Below are positions 36,498 to 48,619 of a stretch of 64,000 bases of DNA, one piece after another (within the stretch, counting starts at the first letter, position 1; each line of letters starts with the position of its first letter). This DNA comes from Heterodontus francisci. Lineage: Eukaryota. The stretch is from assembly GCF_036365525.1 (NCBI RefSeq), contig NC_090375.1:31739282-31803281 (forward strand). Reading direction: 5' to 3'. The translations under genes were made by a program, and so were the position numbers. The notes beneath the pieces were generated by a model. It saw only the letters and a program-made list of their open reading frames with translations, did no database searches and had not been told where the DNA came from.

Positions 36498-37446
36498 CTC
36501 CTGATTGCTATTCTGACCCTTGCTTAAAGATTCATGTTTATGGATTGGGCCAGGCTGCCTGGCCATCTCTCGTCACTGTCAAATCATCTGACAGCACCCA
36601 GTACTGAGGCATGGATATGAGGAGTGGCCATTTGAACAAGGTGCCAGAAGGATACTGATACCATTGGATCTTCCTCCACTGAGAGTCAAGAAATGAGGGG
36701 AGGGGCAGGAAGGGAAGAAAATTGGAATAAAATGCCCCAATTTCCCTTAAGAGTGAAACGTGTGCACAGTGTGGCGAGTAGCATGAGTTGGTGTGCCTGA
36801 ACTGTCCCAGCAATACGAGAGCAGGTGTCCCAGGAACCACTATGCACCTGCTCTGGTCAGTACATAACTATGAGGTCACCCAATATGTAGCAAGCTCACC
36901 ATCTGTACACAAACTGAACTAGGCTTAATATGGCCCTTACAATCAAGGGGGCCTCACCATAACAAGTCTGACACCAAGCACCCATCAGTATGACCAATGG
37001 GACTGTTTTGGATACAATTGTGGAACCAAAGCCCCACAAGGACTCTGGACCATTCAGGTCAGAGGTGTGATCAGGAAATCGGCAATGTTGGAATAGATTG
37101 ACTATGTCATAGTTCCTGGAAGGTTGCCTGAATGCAACTTTTTCTGGCCAAACCTTAACCTATCCTAGTTCAAATTTTCAGCATACAGTTTTTCTTTTTA
37201 TCACAAAACTCTGCATTGCTTCTACTGCACATACAACTTTAACAAAAGTACGATTAACTTTCAACTTTTCCTTACACATTGGTACCAGTTTTCAATGTTA
37301 GTAATGAAAGTTCTTGATTTGTCAATGTTCAGAATGAAAGAGTTGAATGCAGAATGGATAGGAAGGTTCTCCCATCAATGGTCACACTCCTTAGTGCAAA
37401 TAACCTGACATTCAGGAAACAGTTGGCAATGTAGATCCAGGAACAG

Positions 37447-38040
37447 TGGCCTCGATATTAACCCTCCCTAACAATGGGTGGCAGAGTCAAGACAGGGTGG
37501 TTACAAATTTAAAAATCATAATACACCCTCAACTTGCCCATTGTCATCTTCACCGCAGTGGGTTTTGTGTCTTTGCAAGTGGCCCACCGACACTTCATTA
37601 ACATATTTAAATCAGGCTCCCATGGTGCAGGTTTCCAAAGGCTTAGGAAACTGAGCATTCCTTGTGGACCAGGAGGAGCAGGAGTGTTATTCTAGCCCTT
37701 CAAAGAAGCCTTCAGCCTCCCCTCTGCTGATCACGGTCTTTTTCTCTGTCCCCCACCCCCCTCCCCGCCCCCCACTCCAATCTCCGACCTCCCTTCAAGT
37801 TCCAATCTCTCACTCACTTCCCCATTCCAATTGCTGGGGTCAGTCCCAAAGTGTCCCTAGCTGTGACCTCCTGCTGCTTGTTTCCCTGCCCGGCAGCCTT
37901 GTCAATTTAGCTGGGAAACAGAAGAAAAGAATTATAACGAGGTTTATCGTTAAATTTGGCAGGACCTCCACATCCCCGTCTTTTCTGCTTTTCCCCACAT
38001 TCCCCCGCTCCCTCCCTGCCTCTCTGTAAATATTAGGCCC
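37447..38040. mobile_element. Old MITE with GGGC-type TIRs
   Basis: TGGCCTCGATATTAAC ... GTAAATATTAGGCCC; no clear TSD. Confidence 0.45.
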
Positions 38041-38389
38041 TGTAGGTCTACAAAGCTTGTCGTAGTAATAATCTCTCATACTATAGTAAACACGAGAGCC
38101 AGTTCAGTGGGTTTGCACACTAACCAGGCTAGGCCACAGGTGAATTTGTATCACCAGCATTGTCCCAGATTGAAGCATTGTAAGGGTCCCCACAGATTCG
38201 CAAAGAATGCTTATCATTCAGTATTACTAGAATCACTTCTTCACGTGTAGACAGGAGGACTTACTCGTGATGCTGGAAATTCTGCAGCCTGTGCAAAGGA
38301 TGCATGTCTGTCTATCCTATCCAAATAGGGATATTTTCGAAGGCCCACCCTCCAAATTGGTCTATCACAGGGTAACACGATGAAGCAAA

Positions 38390-38825
38390 GAAAGATTTGC
38401 ATGTAAATAGCACTTCTCATGACCTCCAGGCACCTCAAAGGGCTTTACAGAAAATGAAGCACTTTTGAAGTTAGTCACTGTTGTAATTTAGAAAATGCGG
38501 CAGTTAATTTGCACACAGCAAGCTCCCACAAACAGCAATGTGCTTATGACCCGATAATCTGTTTTTGTGATGTTGATTGAAGAATAAATATTGGCCAGAG
38601 ACACTGGAGATAACTCTCCTGCTCTTCTTCAAAATAACACCATGGGATTTTTACCTGAGAGGACAGTTGGTGACTTGGTTTAAGGTCTCATTCAAAAGAC
38701 AGGACTGCCAATACTGCCTCATTACTGCAATAAAGTGTCAGCCTTGATTTTTGTGTTCAAGTCCTGGAGTGGCACTTGAACCCAGAACCTTGTGACTCAG
38801 AGGCAAAAACACTACCAACTGGGCC
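38390..38825 (-). mobile_element. DeuSINE copy
   Basis: Colinear with 90-497. Confidence 0.75.
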
Positions 38826-38839
38826 ACAGTTCACACAAG

Positions 38840-39582
38840 GGCCAGAATTTTATGCCACCCCAGCGAGCCAGATGGTGGTGGGGTGGTGGCGTGAAATTGA
38901 GCGGGAGGTTCCAGGAGGCCTTCCCGACCCGCTCCCGCCTCCGCCCCATTTTATGTGGGCCGGGGGGGGGGCGAGGAACGGGCCGACCATCCCAGGCCAA
39001 TCAAGGCCCTTAAGTGACCACTTAATGGCCACATAAGGGCCTTCGCCCACTTCCATGGGGATTTTACCCGTGGCAAGTGGGCATCCGGGAGATGTGAAAG
39101 GCCGCCCAGTGAAAGCTGGTGGCCTCTCAGCACCCCATTGGGTGGGCCCTGACAAATGGGCACAGGGTGCCCGATTGTGGGCCACCCCCGCTTCCCCAAC
39201 CATCCCCAGGACCCGAGACGCCACCCCCCCCACCCCCAAAACAACCACCCTTGCCTCGCCAGAACATGACTAATTTCCCTGGCAAGGCAAGCCAAACATA
39301 CCTGCACTCCTGGCTCCATGTCCTTGGCTGAGCTGCAGTCCCAGCAGTGGCCTCTGCTCCCAGTGGGACTGCTGGGACAAAGAGATGCCAACCTGATGAC
39401 TGGTCGGCAGCTCAATGAGGCGCGACTTCCCCACTCAAGCGGGTGGAAGTCCCGCCTCAGACCAATTAAAGGCCGGGGACCTGTAAAATGTGGGACGGAT
39501 CCCCCAGCTGGGCAGAAGCGGGTTCACCACCGACTTTTATGGCGAAAGCCAGCTCCCGTCCACCCAGCGTAAAATCCAGCCC
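38840..39582. mobile_element. Harbinger-like MITE
   Basis: TIRs GGCCAGAATTTTATGC / GGGCTGGATTTTACGC and 3-bp TSD AAG. Confidence 0.8.
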
Positions 39583-40058
39583 AAGGTTAAAAAAAGGTCA
39601 GTACTGTTATAGAAGGTGCTAGTGAAATAGTATTACTAAATGAAAAAAATCAAGAAAAAGAAAAAGGGACAATGTTCCTAGAAAACTGGAGTTCAGATTG
39701 AGTGGCATCATGTACTTGGATACAAAAAGCAAAATAAGAACCAATTCAACCATCCAAAGCAAATAGGCCTACATTCAGTCCCTGGTCTGCTCTGAGTTTG
39801 TTGCTGTCAGCTGGAGTGTTGGTGGTGGATGGGCAAGTGGCAACATCAGTCACCCCAGGCTGGTAAGGAGAACAGAAAGATCAGCCTGGATTTTTGCTTT
39901 CTGATTGTCTGTTAGAAAGGATGCATATTTGCATGTTGGGCAAGAACAGGATCTGGTTTGTCTGCGATGCTTCCAATAGTTGAATAGTGGCCACAATTCA
40001 AGTGTCTAGACACACACATGCAAAATGGCCATGGGTGTAAACACTAATAAGACATCAT

Positions 40059-40790
40059 GGCCAGGTATTTATCCTGGCGACGGAGGTCTCGACATCTGGA
40101 AAAAGCAAAAACCCCGCGTTGCCTCTTCTGTGGGAGGCCCACCAAATCTAGTGTCAATTAGGCACTTAAGTGGACAGTGGCGGGCCTTCCATGGGTTCAT
40201 GGACCCCGCCCTCTGAGAGCTGCCAGCCAATCAGAGGCCAGCAGCTCTTTAACTGAGTAGCACTACTGCAGAGATGGTGGCTGCTGTCGGTGGAGCATCT
40301 ACCTGAGGCCCAGAGGGGTGCTGGACCCAGGCCACAGGTAGGTCAGGCGGGAGGGGTCAGAGGGCTGGGGGGTGTAGTGGGGTCATTAGTAAGGGCAAGG
40401 GGGTAGCTCTCAGCAGACCCCCCCCCCCTTCCCAATGCCGGGTCTCTCATTCAGGCAATAAGTGCCTTTTAATGAGGGACATCCCTCCAGCCCCCCGGAG
40501 CCCGAAAGCCGCCTGTACGGTTTTTTGTGCTGTGCTTCCCATGCAGCGATAGGGCCGCCCATCGCATGGCTAATTGCACCCGGGATGAGGCCCTTAATTG
40601 GGCATTAATTGCCCAGTTAAGGGTCTGAATTGGCGGCAGGGCAGGAAAGCTGTTCACAGGCCTTCCTGCCCCGGACTTAATTTTTGGGGAGGTGGGAAGA
40701 TGGCGGAGTCCCACCCCACCACGATCCCACCCGATTGTATGCTCTCCCTGCCTCCAAACCCACCACGTGGGATAGCATAAAACTGCCCCC
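40059..40790. mobile_element. Harbinger-like MITE
   Basis: GGCCAGGTATTTAT ... GCATAAAACTGCCCC; shared palindromic GCCCTTAATTGGGCATTAATTGCCCAGTTAAGGG motif. Confidence 0.6.
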
Positions 40791-41450
40791 CACGCACCCC
40801 CCCCCCCCCCCCCCACCGTCCCACGAAATCGTACCCCAGCATGAGTAAGAGATTTCAGAGGAGGGATGAATCCTGAAAGAACAAAGATCATTCTAAACCT
40901 GTCGCGATGATGGTGCACTGCCTTTAGCAATGGCTTCCATGCAATGGTTACTGATAGACAGGAATAGTATGCTTTCCTTGACATCACAGATGACAGACAT
41001 CACTCAAGAATCTGATAACACACGATCCCAATCAATTGGGATTCATGCAATGATTTATTTACAAAGAAGTTAAATATAGACTAGAATCTGGCTGGTGGGG
41101 AGTCGGGGGGGGGTTGCGTGGGTGGGGGGGGGGGCGTTGTTATTACAAGACTGTAACACAATCTAATGCAGTCATAAACCACAAGAGTAATGTTCAAGCA
41201 GTTAACTAAGTCATCAGATCACTTCCTGATTGTGTTATAGCTCAGTCCCTGCCAGATGTTTCATACAAAAACAACTGTGTTCTTTTGTAAACGTTTTAAA
41301 AATCATGCTGGTAAACTAGACAATGGCCTTTCACCTCAGGGACCTCAGCATGAATGCAGCCCAGGCTGATAGAATGAAAGTCTCTTCCATCTGCTGCGGT
41401 AAGTAGCCTATTAAAATTAGTACTAGCAGGCTTAATCCAATTAACACAGA

Positions 41451-41835
41451 TGTTAGCCATGGCTCAGTGTAACACACTTGCCTCCGAGTCAAAAGGTTGT
41501 GGATTCATGTCCCCCTTCGGGATGAAAGTGCAAAAATCTAGGCTGACCCTCCAGTAAAATACGAAGGGAGTGCTGCATTGTCAGAGATGCTGTCTTTTTG
41601 GATGAGATGTTAAACCAAGGCTCTGACTGCCCTTTCAGGTGGATGTAAAAGATCCTGTGGCACTATTTCGAAGAAGAGTAGGGATATTCTTCCTAGTGTC
41701 CTGGCCAATATTTATCCCTCAACCAACATAATTAAAAACAGACCATCACATTGCTGGTTGTGGGAGGTTACTGTATTGCAATTGGCTGCTGCATAACCTA
41801 CAGTGACTTCAAAAGTACTTCATTGGCTGTAAAAG
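41451..41835 (+). mobile_element. DeuSINE copy
   Basis: tRNA-like head plus GATCCTGTGGCACTATTTCGAAGAAGAG...GTGTCCTGGCCAATATTTATCCCTCAACCAAC. Confidence 0.8.
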
Positions 41836-43547
41836 CCCTGACATTGGGAGTCTGGCACAAAACCTTCCACTAATAAACTAATTTGTTCTAATGTGGAAAT
41901 ATTGCTCAGAAAGGCTACTGTGGGAAATGGGAAAATGTCACACTTGGCACAGTACTATAATGGGCTCTCTAATAATACTGGGCTGTCTGAGACATATTTT
42001 TGGACCAAAAGTGTAAGGAGCTTTGCTTTGCATCTAACCTGACCTGAGCCTGCTTGATGCTATGAATGGGTGTTTGATGTAGAATATGTTCTGTTCCTCG
42101 GTATTAAGATTCTGAGTACAAAGTTCACAGACAAAACAATCACATTGGAACTTTATATGGCTGCATTTCAATTGATGCATTCGTCAATCAAATCTCTGCT
42201 GGCTGGAACTAGCACAGTTTCTTCACACTGTTCCTGTCCTGCAGTTGAATATTTCTCATTTTTTTCCCCTGTTAACCATGAGAGCCTGCCCTGGGGTTGG
42301 AGGTACATTTGATATTTTAAGGGATTCTTTTGCAAGGAAAAGTTCATGAGGGAGAGTTTACTTATTCACAGGAATCTTACAACCGGCCTAACATTCCATG
42401 CCAATGAGCTCCATATACGCCCACATTATTTTTGATAGGATTATGTTTGTAGGTCAAATAGCACAAAATATTTATAGTGTGAAAATAAGTAATTTTGTGA
42501 TCATATTAAAAATCCATTGAAACTTGTCGCTAAGGTCATCAAATAAATCTTGCATACTTCCACACAAAGTGCTTCACAGAATGATAATGTTACACAAAAG
42601 TAATATGTTAAACTAGGCAAATTAATTCAATTAAACTTTAGTCCTGACAGGCACCATTAGTCAGTGAGTAAATGCATGGCCACTCTGGTACTGATCAGGA
42701 AGTTCCTGGGTCCAGTCGCAAGTCTGTTCTGTGGTAGCTGATCCCCAATCGGTGGGTAGCAGAGGGCAGTACAATTGCTCTCAGTACCCATGATCGAGAG
42801 AAGAGAATAAATTAGCCATTCTTCATCACTATCCAATAAACGCCTGCTGAGACAGAATCAGGATTAGCTGTAATGCCCTCCACAGTCAAACAGCCTGCCA
42901 ACAATCATACCTCAATGTGTGTCAGGCTGAATCGCACAGCACAGAAGGAGGCCATTCAGCCCATTGTGCTCGTGCTGACTATTTGAAAGAGCTTTCCAAT
43001 TAGTCCCACTCCCCTGCTCTTTCTCCATAGCCTTGCAAACCTTTCCTTTTTAAGTTTATATCCAGGGAGGAAGGGTGAACATTTTAAAAGGAAAGAAACA
43101 CCAGTCATGTTGCTCCCAGAAAATGAAACATAAATTACGTATCAATAAATGTCAGTCCATTTTCCTTTTTAAAACACCAATTGGTAAAAACACGAAATAT
43201 TTAACATAGCTTGGGTTCTTTTTCATACTTTCGAACACAGGTGTCTTTGTCAGCAGGGCCTGTTGAGCTCAGATACAGACTGCTTTCCAAAAGCTTGCAG
43301 TGCGGATTGCCAGAATAATATTAGGCCACAGTCTGCACAGTGCATTATTGATAAGGAGCCTTAATCTCATACTGTGCTGCCAGGCTTCTTCTCACCCTTT
43401 ATAGATCTTGGATATACCTGGCAATTTAACTCTTCTCCTATTCAACAAGTAGGTGCATATGGTCAGAATGACACATGGTGAGACACACTCTTTACTGCCT
43501 GGATAGAAGGGCAATTGGCTCTGGGCAGCCAATCCTGCCCTTCTGTG

Positions 43548-44139
43548 TAGGATCCCCAACTCTTGTTGGCCGTGTTCCGTGAGGTTTCATCACATGCACT
43601 CCCTCCTCCACTGCCCCACCCTCACACTCCTGCTGTAGGCCATCTCACATGTCCATCCTCACAGTGCCCCGCCTTCCCACACCAGTTGGAAAGCAGACGG
43701 ACTCTCCATTAGCCAACTGGATCATTCTTGACAGTCAAATTGTCTTTATTCCCATCTCTATCATTTTTATTACTGGTAGACTACATGTGGCATAGGGGGA
43801 TAACCAATGACATAGGGGGATATGAGGATAGTGTGGGAAAAAAGTGGATGATCAGCCATGAGAATTTTGAATGGTGGGGCAGGCTCGATGGGCTGAATGG
43901 CCTCCTCCTGCTCCTATGTTCCTATGTAAACTAAATTGTTAAAACAAAATGAAATAAAAATCACAACTTATTTCCAACCCCACCATGCAACCACCACCGC
44001 CCCCCCCACCCCCACCTGACCGCCCCCCCCCCCCCCCCCAGCCCCAATGAGTTTTTTCTTGGGTTTCTCCCAGCAGTGTGTAGGAAATTAATCATTAATT
44101 CCTAGAGGGTCCAGGACAATCCTGGAGGTTGGCAGCCTT
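43548..44139. mobile_element. Degenerate TAGGGTTGCCAAC-type (hAT-like) MITE containing a CR1 tail (about 43790-43928)
   Basis: Shares ATTCTTGACAGTCAAA and terminal segments with 51960-52330. Confidence 0.5.
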
Positions 44140-44237
44140 TGATTTCCTCATTTTCCCACTGCTGATCCAAGACATGCTAAGGCCATTAGTAATGCCTCTA
44201 TTGACACTGCTGCACAGATCAGGTACTAACACAGTAC

Positions 44238-45150
44238 ACACAGGACACCAATCCTGACTTGCAGTACCACACTGGACACCAATCCTGACTTGCAGTACCA
44301 CACAGGACACCAATCCTGACTTGCAGTACCACACTGGACACCAATCCTGACTTGCAGTACCACACTGGACACCAATCCTGACTTGCAGTACCACACAGGA
44401 CACCAATCCTGACTTGCAGTACCACACTGGACACCAATCCTGACTTGCAGTACCACACTGGACACCAATCCTGACTTGCAGTACCACACTGGACACCAAT
44501 CCTGACTTGCAGTACCACACTGGACACCAATCCTGACTTGCAGTACCACACTGGACACCAATCCTGACTTGCAGTACCACACTGGACACCAATCCTGACT
44601 TGTAGTACCACACAGGGACACCAATCCTGACTTGTAGTACCACACAGGGACACCAATCCTGACTTGTAGTACCACACAGGGACACCAATCCTGACTTGTA
44701 GTACCACACTGGACACCAATCCTGACTTGCAGTACCACACTGGACACCAATCCTGACTTGCAGTACCACACAGGACACCAATCCTGACTTGCAGTACCAC
44801 ACAGGACACCAATCCTGACTTGCAGTACCACACAGGGACACCAATCCTGACTTGCAGTACCACACAGGGACACCAATCCTGACTTGCAGTACCACACAGG
44901 GACACCAATCCTGACTTGTAGTACCACACAGGGACACCAATCCTGACTTGTAGTACCACACTGGACACCAATCCTGACTTGCAGTACCACACTGGACACC
45001 AATCCTGACTTGCAGTACCACACTGGACACCAATCCTGACTTGCAGTACCACACTGGACACCAATCCTGACTTGCAGTACCACACTGGACACCAATCCTG
45101 ACTTGCAGTACCACACTGGACACCAATCCTGACTTGCAGTACCACACTGG
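44238..45150. repeat. Minisatellite, 31/33/34-bp unit GGACACCAATCCTGACTTGCAGTACCACACT
   Basis: About 28 near-identical tandem units with no spacers. Confidence 0.95.
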
Positions 45151-45779
45151 ATGAACAACACATTTGCCAGTTGAACCATCCGGGAAACAACATTTTTTTC
45201 AAACAAGGATAAAATGCCAAGCAAGGTGCTAAGGAAGGATCAACCCTGATTATGTCTCTATACACCCCACCCTCTCCTTCATACTGTGAAAAACACTTTC
45301 GAAGACACTTCATGCCCCTTCAAATAGAATACTCTTATCACGCACAAAGGTATGTCTATCCTCAAAAATGGTGTATTTGAAAACATCCTGTTTTCACAAA
45401 GATGGTTCTAAATATTGCTTGTGGTTTTTTTTTGCTTTCCATTTACACATTTACTGGGAAATGCAATCACTCTTCTAGTTCTCCGCCAGTGAAATGTTTA
45501 AATATTGACAGAACTCTATTGTTTACCAGTGCAGAAGAGGATGTGCAAGCACAACATCTGTCCTGATAACAGCACCACGTGTGAGTCATATCACATCATT
45601 GTTGTACCAACAAACCTGAACATGTAAGTGTAAATATACTTTACTCTGCACCCAGTTTGAAAATAATTCCTAATGTTGCATTTCAATAGATCAGTCATGC
45701 CACAGTTTCTGCTAATCTAAGACAGGCTTTGTATAAATGCAAACAGTGTATTGTAATTTAGGTGTGCAGTAACAGATCT

Positions 45780-46010
45780 TTAGGCAAATTTTGTGACGCC
45801 AAACACCAGCATATCAACCTAGAAACCCTCCTTCAATGTCCGACTCATTAGGACATGGTTGCATTCCTCTCCAAACATTCTCAGAGCATCTAGAATGGTC
45901 TCTTTTTTATGTCCACCCATGACTTCCAGAGTCTCCCCAAGACCCATCCTTGGCTCCTTTCTCTTCCTTATCATCATTCTGCCCCTCAGTAGTATCCTGC
46001 ATTGATATAG
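45780..46010 (+). mobile_element. Old L2 RT fragment (continues 50654-51320)
   Basis: Degenerate GVPQGSILGPLLFLIY-like sequence before the Harbinger; YADD-like and L2 C-terminal sequence after it. Confidence 0.55.
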
Positions 46011-46226
46011 TGGCAGAATTTAGTGTGGCTGTTTAGAGCGGGAATGGAAGTGCGAGGCACCGGAGAATCACATCAGAAGCGTCCGCCTGGAAATCCGGCA
46101 TCGTGACATCAGTTCCGGATTTAGTCAGTGACGGGAAAGCACCAAGGCGGCATCACCGCCCCAAAGCGAAGGAAAAATAACTTAAATTGTAGAACACTTA
46201 CTTTTAGTATATTAGCATCAAATCCA

Positions 46227-46900
46227 CTCGGGTGGGAGTGCCGGCTGAGCGGGGCCTCGGGTGGGAGTGCCGGCTGAGCGGGGCCTCGGGTGGGAGTGCC
46301 GGCTGAGCGGGGCCTCGGGTGGGAGTGCCGGCTGAGCGGGGCCTCGGGTGGGAGTGCCGGCTGAGCGGGGCCTCGGGTGGGAGTGCCGGCTGAGCGGGGC
46401 CTCGGGTGGGAGTGCCGGCTGAGCGGGGCCTCGGGTGGGAGTGCCGGCTGAGCGGGGCCTCGGGTGGGAGTGCCGGCTGAGCGGGGCCTCGGGTGGGAGT
46501 GCCGGCTGAGCAGGGTCTCGGGTGGGTGTGCCGGCTGAGCAGAGTCTCGGATGGGTGTGCCGGCTGAGCAGGGTCTCGGATGGGAGTGCTGGCCGAGCAG
46601 GGTCTCCGGTGGGAGTGCCGGCCGAGCAGGGTCTCCGGTGGGAGTGCCGGCCGAGCAGGGTCTCGGGTAGAAGTGCCGGCTGAGCAGAGTCTCGGGTGGG
46701 AGTGCCGGCCGAGCAGGGTCTCGGGTAGAAGTGCCGGCTGAGCAGGGTCTCGGGTGGGAGTGCCGGCTATGCAGGGTCTCGGGTGGGAGTGCCGGCTGAG
46801 CAGGGCCTCGGGTAGAAGTGTCGACTGAGCAGGGTCTCGGGTGGGAGTGCCGGCTGGGCAGGGTCTCGGGTGGGAGTGCCGGCTGGGCAGGGTCTCGGGT
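46227..46900. repeat. 29-bp GC-rich minisatellite inside the Harbinger
   Basis: About 23 units of CTCGGGTGGGAGTGCCGGCTGAGCGGGGC; homogeneous on the left, diverged on the right. Confidence 0.95.
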
Positions 46901-47122
46901 GGTCAGCAATTGGGGCTTGCGTTTGGATGGCTGTAACGGGTGACCAAACTGTTGAGTGAGATGTTTGGCTGCCCATGCTGCTGGATTAGAGAGTCGGCTA
47001 TCAGTAAGGGTGGGCACTGAGAGCCATCAGGGAGTCTGCCAGGAGAAATGGCAAAGGGATAGCTGCCAAGGCAGGGTCGTCTCTGCATTGACAGTACTCT
47101 GGAGGCCCACTGATCACCTGCA

Positions 47123-48320
47123 ATGAGTCTCATATACCCTGTCTCTGTGGACCCTCGTGGCGTGATACAGTGCCTCGAACAGAGGGAGGGACAGGTGGCA
47201 GCTTAGCCTGCCCGTGAAGCTCCACAATGAGAGCAGCAGTAGCCGGCCATGCCAAGAAGGGCCCACCTGCGCCAGAGAGTGTACTGGCCTCACCTCAGCA
47301 ACTTCCAAATGTTCCAGGGGCATTGTCAGCAAAGACTGCACCTCTCCAGGGGGCTGTCACCAACTTATGTGCCATACTGCAGGACGAGTTGTAATCTATG
47401 GGATTTGATGTTCACCCTGTGCCAGTAGCCCTGAAGATCACCATGGCAATCACCTTTTATGGGTCTAGATCATTCCAAGGATCCACCAGAGACATGTGCG
47501 TGGTCTCTCAGGTGGCTGCTCACTGCTGCATAAAGGAGGTAACCAATGCCCTGTTCAAGAGGACCGGGGACTATGTGCATTACCAGACCAACCCTGGCAG
47601 TCAGGCAGAGAGTTCCATCGGATTTTGGGCCATCGTTGGATTCCCCAGGTGCAAGGTGTGATAGATTGCACGCATGTGGCTATCCAAGCTCCTACGGACC
47701 AGCCAGCCGCCTTCATCAGCCAGAAGGGCTTCCATTCCATCAACGTTCGACTGATCTGCGACCACTGAAAGTGTTTCCTGCAGGTGTGTGCCTGCTTCCT
47801 AGGAAGCAGCCAAGATGCCTCCAGACTTCAACAATCCCAGGTGCCACTGCTTTTCAGGCCCTCCACTTGCCTTCAGGGATGCATTCTCAGGGACAAAGGC
47901 TACCCATTGAAGACTTGGCTACTGACGCCTGTGAGGAACCCTCACACTGCAGCAGAGGAGAGGTACAACACTTGCCACGGCTCCACTTGAGCGACCATTG
48001 AGCAGGCCATTGGGCTGCTGAAGATGAGATTCTGGTGCCTGCATTGATCCAATGGAGCCCTGCAGTTTTCCCCAGCGAGGGTCTCGCGTATCATGGTGGT
48101 CTGCTGGATTCTGCACAATCTAGCAGTGCAGAGTGGGGAGGCCTTGCATGACGAGGATATGACTGAACGACACACCTCCACTGACAAAGAGGATGTGGAG
48201 GATGGAGATGAGCAGGCAGCACTAGATGTTGAAGCCCTTGCACCGGAGGCCAGGCAGATTGAGCAACGGACCAAGGAGGCAAGAGACAATCTCATACTTA
48301 CGCACTTCCAGCCCCCATGA
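47123..48320 (+). pseudogene. Harbinger DDE transposase (HARBI1-like family)
   Basis: GFP, VQGVIDCTHVAIQAP, KGFHSINVRLICDH, GSSQDA, DKGYPLKTWLLTP, EERYN, TIEQAIGLLKMRF, VVCWILHNLA; frameshifts and stops. Confidence 0.9.
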
Positions 48321-48619
48321 TGGCCACAGCTTAAAAAGAATAAAGACTTAGCTCAATGTATGCAGTCTGTCGCTTCCCTTCTATTTGTGTTCTGAACCAT
48401 GCACTATGGCCCATGGGACAGCCTATTCAAATGAAGGATATGCCTATATTGGCATCCACTAAAGGGGGAGGGTGAAGTCAGGAGCTCACAATTAATGCAT
48501 GAAAGAATAATCACTTTTACACAATGAAGGTTAATTGATAGAACACAAAAACTTTATATGATGCAGCACATGTCAAATTTCAGACACCCAAGTGTCTCTC
48601 GGTGGTTTTCTTTATACAT

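Noticed and set aside
44238-45150. CRISPR-like array of about 31-bp repeats and 330-360 aa Cys-rich ORFs
   Set aside because: No unique spacers, no cas genes and a eukaryotic context; the ORFs are translations of the tandem repeat
46121-47017. 298-aa repetitive ORF
   Set aside because: Translation of a 29-bp minisatellite that cycles through frames
47123-48320. Host gene HARBI1 (and NAIF1/MSANTD for the Myb ORFs)
   Set aside because: Frameshifts and stops, enclosure by TIRs and a sister copy in the window indicate a transposon relic
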